DNA of 49,159 nucleotides from Deltaproteobacteria bacterium (GTDB lineage Bacteria; Desulfobacterota; Syntrophia; Syntrophales; Smithellaceae): NCBI GenBank assembly GCA_025355175.1, contig JANYAF010000181.1, positions 1 to 49,159 of the forward strand, read 5' to 3'. Shown piece by piece: positions 45,875 to 49,159 of this stretch (position 1 is its first letter; each line of letters starts with the position of its first letter). The notes under the pieces were generated by a model. It saw only the letters and a program-made list of their open reading frames with translations, ran no database searches and was not told where the DNA came from. The position numbers and the translations under genes were made by a program.

Positions 45875-48800
45875 ATGAAAAATAAGCGCCTGGTGGTAGC
45901 GCTACTGCTCGTGACCATTCTCTCTGCCGGAGCGCTCTTTACCTGGTGGACGGTGGTGCGGACTGACCGCGAGATGCGCGCCGATCTGCTTATGCAGGCA
46001 CGACTGGTGGCACAGACGGTTAATATCGAGCGCGTCGCAGCGCTCGAGGGCACGAAGGATGATCTGGAAAGTTCCGATTACCGACAAATCAAGAACCAGC
46101 TCGCCGCTATTCGCTCGGCTAACCCGCAAAGTAAGTTTATCTATCTTCTGGGCCGTAAGGCCGATGGCGCGGTCATCTTCTTCGTGGACAGCGAACCGCT
46201 CGATTCGAAGGACTATTCCCCGCCCGGACAAGTTTATGAGGATATCCCGACAAGCTATCGCCGCGTGTTTGACACCAAAGTCGAGTCCATTGAAGGACCG
46301 GCCACCGATCGCTGGGGCACGTGGGTCTCGGCGCTGGTTCCCATCAATAATACAGTAACCACTTCCTCCGGCCTCGTCTCTGAAAAAGACGCTCAGGCGA
46401 TTGTGCGCAAAGCTTTGAACTTCTATCGGAAAAACGGACGGGAGCGCCTTCTGAAGGAGCTCAACAATCCGCAGGGGGAATTTCGCAAGGGTGACCTTTA
46501 CGCCTTCGCCTACGACCGTGACATGACCATGAAGGCCCATCCAGTAAAATCGGAACTGGTTGGCCGGAATCTGCTCGGCGAGAAAGACCGGACCGGGGAC
46601 AAGTATTTTCGAAAAGAGATACAGAAAGTCGCTCTGTCCAAGGGAAGCGGCTGGGTTGATTACCAATACGAAAATCCCGCCAATAAAAAGATTTTGCCGA
46701 AGACCACCTATGTCGAGATGGTGGATGATCTGATCGTCTGCGCCGAAGTGTACAAAAGCACCGGCGAGCTGCTTGCCGTGCTGGGCATGAATATGGACGC
46801 CCGCGCCTGGAAATGGAACGTGGCTTCAAAGGCGGCCCTGCCTGTGGGGATGATGCTGGTCTTGTTTATCGGCGCAGCCACCGTCTTTTTCTCCATCCGC
46901 CGCGTTAACGCTTCGCCCAAGCCGATCCTGCGGTCTCTCCTGCCGCCCCTGACGGCTATGGTGCTCCTATTGATAGCCGGCATGGGAGCGCTCCTGTGGC
47001 AACAGCAGCAGCAGCGGATCGCCGGGAATACGGCAAGCATTAACGCCTATGAGAAAGATCTCTTTCGCGCGTCCCTGAATCAGCAGGTCATCGGCTTGGC
47101 CACTGCCTTGCAGCCCATCACCGCCGACCCTACGGTGCAAAAGGCCCTCAGCAAAGGCGATGCTGAAAGTCTGCTTGCCGTCTGGCAACCTGTATTTAAG
47201 ACGCTGCACATCGAGAACAACCTCACTCATTTTTACTTCTTCGATAAAAACCGCGTCTGTCTCCTGCGCGTCCACAAGCCCGATAAACGCGGTGACCTCA
47301 TCAATCGCTTCACTGCCCTCGAGGCCGAACGCACAGGGAAAACCGCTTCCGGTCTTGAGCTGGGGCCGTTGGGCACCTTCACCCTGCGTGTTGTGAAACC
47401 GGTTTTTGCCGACGGCGCGCTTGTCGGCTATGTGGAATTGGGCAAGGAAATCGAGGACATTCTGCAAACACTACACACCCGATCAGGTGTCCAACTGGCT
47501 GCGACCATTGGCAAGGAGCATCTGAACCGGCAAACATGGGAAGAGGGAATGCGCCTGCTCGGCAGGGAGGCCGACTGGAACCGCCTGCCCCAAAGCGCCG
47601 TGATTTACTCCTCTCAAGGCCGCCTGCCCGATGCCTTTATATCCTGGGTTCAGTCCCTGGACAAGAAACATGTTGACGGAGAAACGAACCGGGAAATCAC
47701 CACCGAAGGGAAGGACTGGCGTGCATTCGCAATCCCCATTCAAGACGTTTCGGACAAAGAGGTCGGCAACCTTTTGATTATGATTGACATCTCGACCGAA
47801 AAGGAGGCCTTTACGCGCCTGATTATCCTGGGTGGAACCGCCGGCGTGTTACTGCTGACGCTGCTGCTGGGATTTGTCTATGTCCTGATCCGCCGCACCG
47901 ATGCGGGCATTCAAGCCCAACAGGCGGAACTTCGGAAGAACGAGGAAAGATATCGCCTTCTGGTAGAGAATATCAGTGAAACCATGCTGGTCATACAGGA
48001 CGGGGAGATCAAATATGCCAATCTCCAGGCGGCAGCGTCGTTTGGTTATTCGGAGCAGGAAGTCATGTTTATTAAAGTATTTGAATTAATTCATTCTGAA
48101 GATCGAGATGTCGTAACGAAACGATATCTTCAAAAGATCAATGGCGATAAGACACCCTCCCGGAATATACACAGAATCATCCACAAGAGTGGCCAGATCA
48201 AGTGGGTTGAACTCAGCTCTGTCCTGATTGATTGGGAAGGACGACCAGCAACACTAAATTTTATCACAGACATCACCGAGCGCAAGCTGGCGGAGGAGAA
48301 GCTGAAAGAAATCAATCTCCGGCTCGAGGAGGCCAACGCCCTCGCCAACAACATGGCCAATCAGGCGACGATGGCCAACGCGGCCAAGAGCGACTTCCTG
48401 GCCAACATGAGCCACGAAATCCGCACCCCCATGAACGCCATCATCGGCATGGCTGATCTGCTCTGGGATTCCTCCCTCACGCCGGAGCAACGCCAGCACG
48501 TCCAGATATTCCGTTCCGCCGGCGAAAATCTCCTCATTCTCATTAATGATATCCTGGATCTTTCCAAGGTTGAATCAGGGCAGTTAAGTCTTGAACTCAT
48601 ACCCTATGACCTCTTCGATATCGTTGAAAAATCCTGTGAGGTCATAGCCGTGCGCGCCCATAGCCGCAATTTAGAACTTGCCTGTCGTATCCGTCCCGAT
48701 GTCCCTCAACATATTCAGGGCGATCCGACGCGGCTTCGTCAGGTGCTTATGAACCTTCTGGGAAATGCCATTAAATTTACCGAGAAGGGTGAAATCGTCT

Positions 48801-49159
48801 TGACGGTGCTACCCCTTACGGAAGATGCCCCGGGGAAAACGCCACGGTTTTTACAGTTTTCTGTCCGGGATACAGGAATCGGCATCCCCGTTGAACAGAC
48901 AAACGCCGTCTTTGAAAAATTCACCCAGTCCGATTCCTCCATCACCAGAAAATACGAGGGATCGGGTTTGGGCCTGACTATTTCCAGACAAATCGTCGAA
49001 CTGATGGGAGGGAAAATATGGGTGGAAAGCCAACCGGGAGAAGGCAGCACTTTCTTCTTCACCATTCCCTTGGAAGAAGCACCCCCGGAAGAAGATCAAC
49101 ATCCGGCTTCTCGGCCGGAGATCGATATGCAAGGATTGAATGTCCTCATCGTTGACGAC
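45875..49159 (+). CDS. hybrid sensor histidine kinase (partial, runs off the window end): TM, periplasmic module 1 with an sCache_2-like domain, 2 TM, periplasmic module 2, TM, PAS, HisKA, HATPase_c, start of REC
   Basis: Hand translation from the ATG at 45875 is open for all 1095 codons to the window end. Motifs: GDLYAFAYDRDMTMKAHP...GWVDYQYENP (sCache_2-like), YRLLVENISE (PAS), SHEIRTPMNAIIGM (H box), LLGNAIKFT (N box), DTGIGI and GSGLGLTISR (G boxes), and a final NVLIVDD (REC start). The many minus-strand ORFs listed here are antisense shadows. Confidence 0.85.
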   Translation, partial: MKNKRLVVALLLVTILSAGALFTWWTVVRTDREMRADLLMQARLVAQTVNIERVAALEGTKDDLESSDYRQIKNQLAAIRSANPQSKFIYLLGRKADGAVIFFVDSEPLDSKDYSPPGQVYEDIPTSYRRVFDTKVESIEGPATDRWGTWVSALVPINNTVTTSSGLVSEKDAQAIVRKALNFYRKNGRERLLKELNNPQGEFRKGDLYAFAYDRDMTMKAHPVKSELVGRNLLGEKDRTGDKYFRKEIQKVALSKGSGWVDYQYENPANKKILPKTTYVEMVDDLIVCAEVYKSTGELLAVLGMNMDARAWKWNVASKAALPVGMMLVLFIGAATVFFSIRRVNASPKPILRSLLPPLTAMVLLLIAGMGALLWQQQQQRIAGNTASINAYEKDLFRASLNQQVIGLATALQPITADPTVQKALSKGDAESLLAVWQPVFKTLHIENNLTHFYFFDKNRVCLLRVHKPDKRGDLINRFTALEAERTGKTASGLELGPLGTFTLRVVKPVFADGALVGYVELGKEIEDILQTLHTRSGVQLAATIGKEHLNRQTWEEGMRLLGREADWNRLPQSAVIYSSQGRLPDAFISWVQSLDKKHVDGETNREITTEGKDWRAFAIPIQDVSDKEVGNLLIMIDISTEKEAFTRLIILGGTAGVLLLTLLLGFVYVLIRRTDAGIQAQQAELRKNEERYRLLVENISETMLVIQDGEIKYANLQAAASFGYSEQEVMFIKVFELIHSEDRDVVTKRYLQKINGDKTPSRNIHRIIHKSGQIKWVELSSVLIDWEGRPATLNFITDITERKLAEEKLKEINLRLEEANALANNMANQATMANAAKSDFLANMSHEIRTPMNAIIGMADLLWDSSLTPEQRQHVQIFRSAGENLLILINDILDLSKVESGQLSLELIPYDLFDIVEKSCEVIAVRAHSRNLELACRIRPDVPQHIQGDPTRLRQVLMNLLGNAIKFTEKGEIVLTVLPLTEDAPGKTPRFLQFSVRDTGIGIPVEQTNAVFEKFTQSDSSITRKYEGSGLGLTISRQIVELMGGKIWVESQPGEGSTFFFTIPLEEAPPEEDQHPASRPEIDMQGLNVLIVDD

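Noticed and set aside
45862-49132. About fifteen minus-strand and off-frame ORFs of 60-254 aa listed by the track (for example 45902-46666, 46967-47467, 48739-49065).
   Set aside because: They all lie antisense to or out of frame with one continuous plus-strand frame that carries clear histidine-kinase motifs. Their Arg/Pro/Gly-rich, low-complexity translations are typical shadows in GC-richer DNA.
1-49159. A search by eye for tRNA/rRNA genes, CRISPR repeat arrays, long tandem repeats and recognisable defence genes (nucleases, Cas, restriction, toxin-antitoxin).
   Set aside because: I saw none, only short homopolymer or triplet runs such as CAG x5 at about 47.0 kb inside the kinase. A visual scan can miss degenerate repeats and small RNAs, so tRNAscan, Infernal and repeat finders should be run.

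Overview
49.2-kb bacterial chromosomal window. About 38 protein genes are supportable. I saw no rRNA, tRNA or CRISPR array. Gene content (hgcAB, many HD-GYP/PAS sensors, radical SAM) suggests an anaerobic Desulfobacterota-like organism, but that is inference only.

Layout:
- 1-86: tail of an IS3-family transposase.
- 0.36-5.7 kb: lipase-like hydrolase, then a glycolytic cluster pfk-gap-pgk-tpiA.
- 5.8-9.5 kb: membrane PAS-GGDEF cyclase, TraB/GumN protein and a Pal-like lipoprotein.
- 9.6-13.9 kb: Cys-rich MarR regulator, hgcA-hgcB (mercury methylation), a membrane ICMT/PEMT-like methyltransferase and a divergent 425-aa GAPDH paralog.
- 13.9-15.3 kb: decayed gene fragments.
- 15.3-21.4 kb: HDOD protein, MBL-fold hydrolase and a 1412-aa PPDK-like protein with an unassigned N-terminal region of about 900 aa.
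- 21.7-29.2 kb: fatty-acid/lipid genes (acyl-CoA dehydrogenase, crotonase, plsC, acyl-CoA ligase), an MFS transporter and chrA.
- 29.2-35.1 kb: minus-strand run of OM barrel, LolA-like protein, MacB-like ABC permease and ATPase, radical SAM/SPASM enzyme and a zinc-ribbon protein.
- 35.6-45.5 kb: signalling island with an AAA-ATPase::RsbW-like kinase fusion, STAS protein, GAF-HD-GYP, PP2C phosphatase, REC-HD-GYP, deacetylase-TPR, an Arg-rich hypothetical and PAS-HD-GYP.
- 45.9 kb to the end: hybrid histidine kinase with two periplasmic modules. It is absent from the ORF track because it has no stop in the window.

The candidates I consider most worth follow-up are the sigma-less partner-switching/HD-GYP module, the PPDK-like giant, the neighbourhood of hgcAB, and the radical SAM plus zinc-ribbon pair. 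All functional calls rest on motif recognition by eye. No database search was possible.
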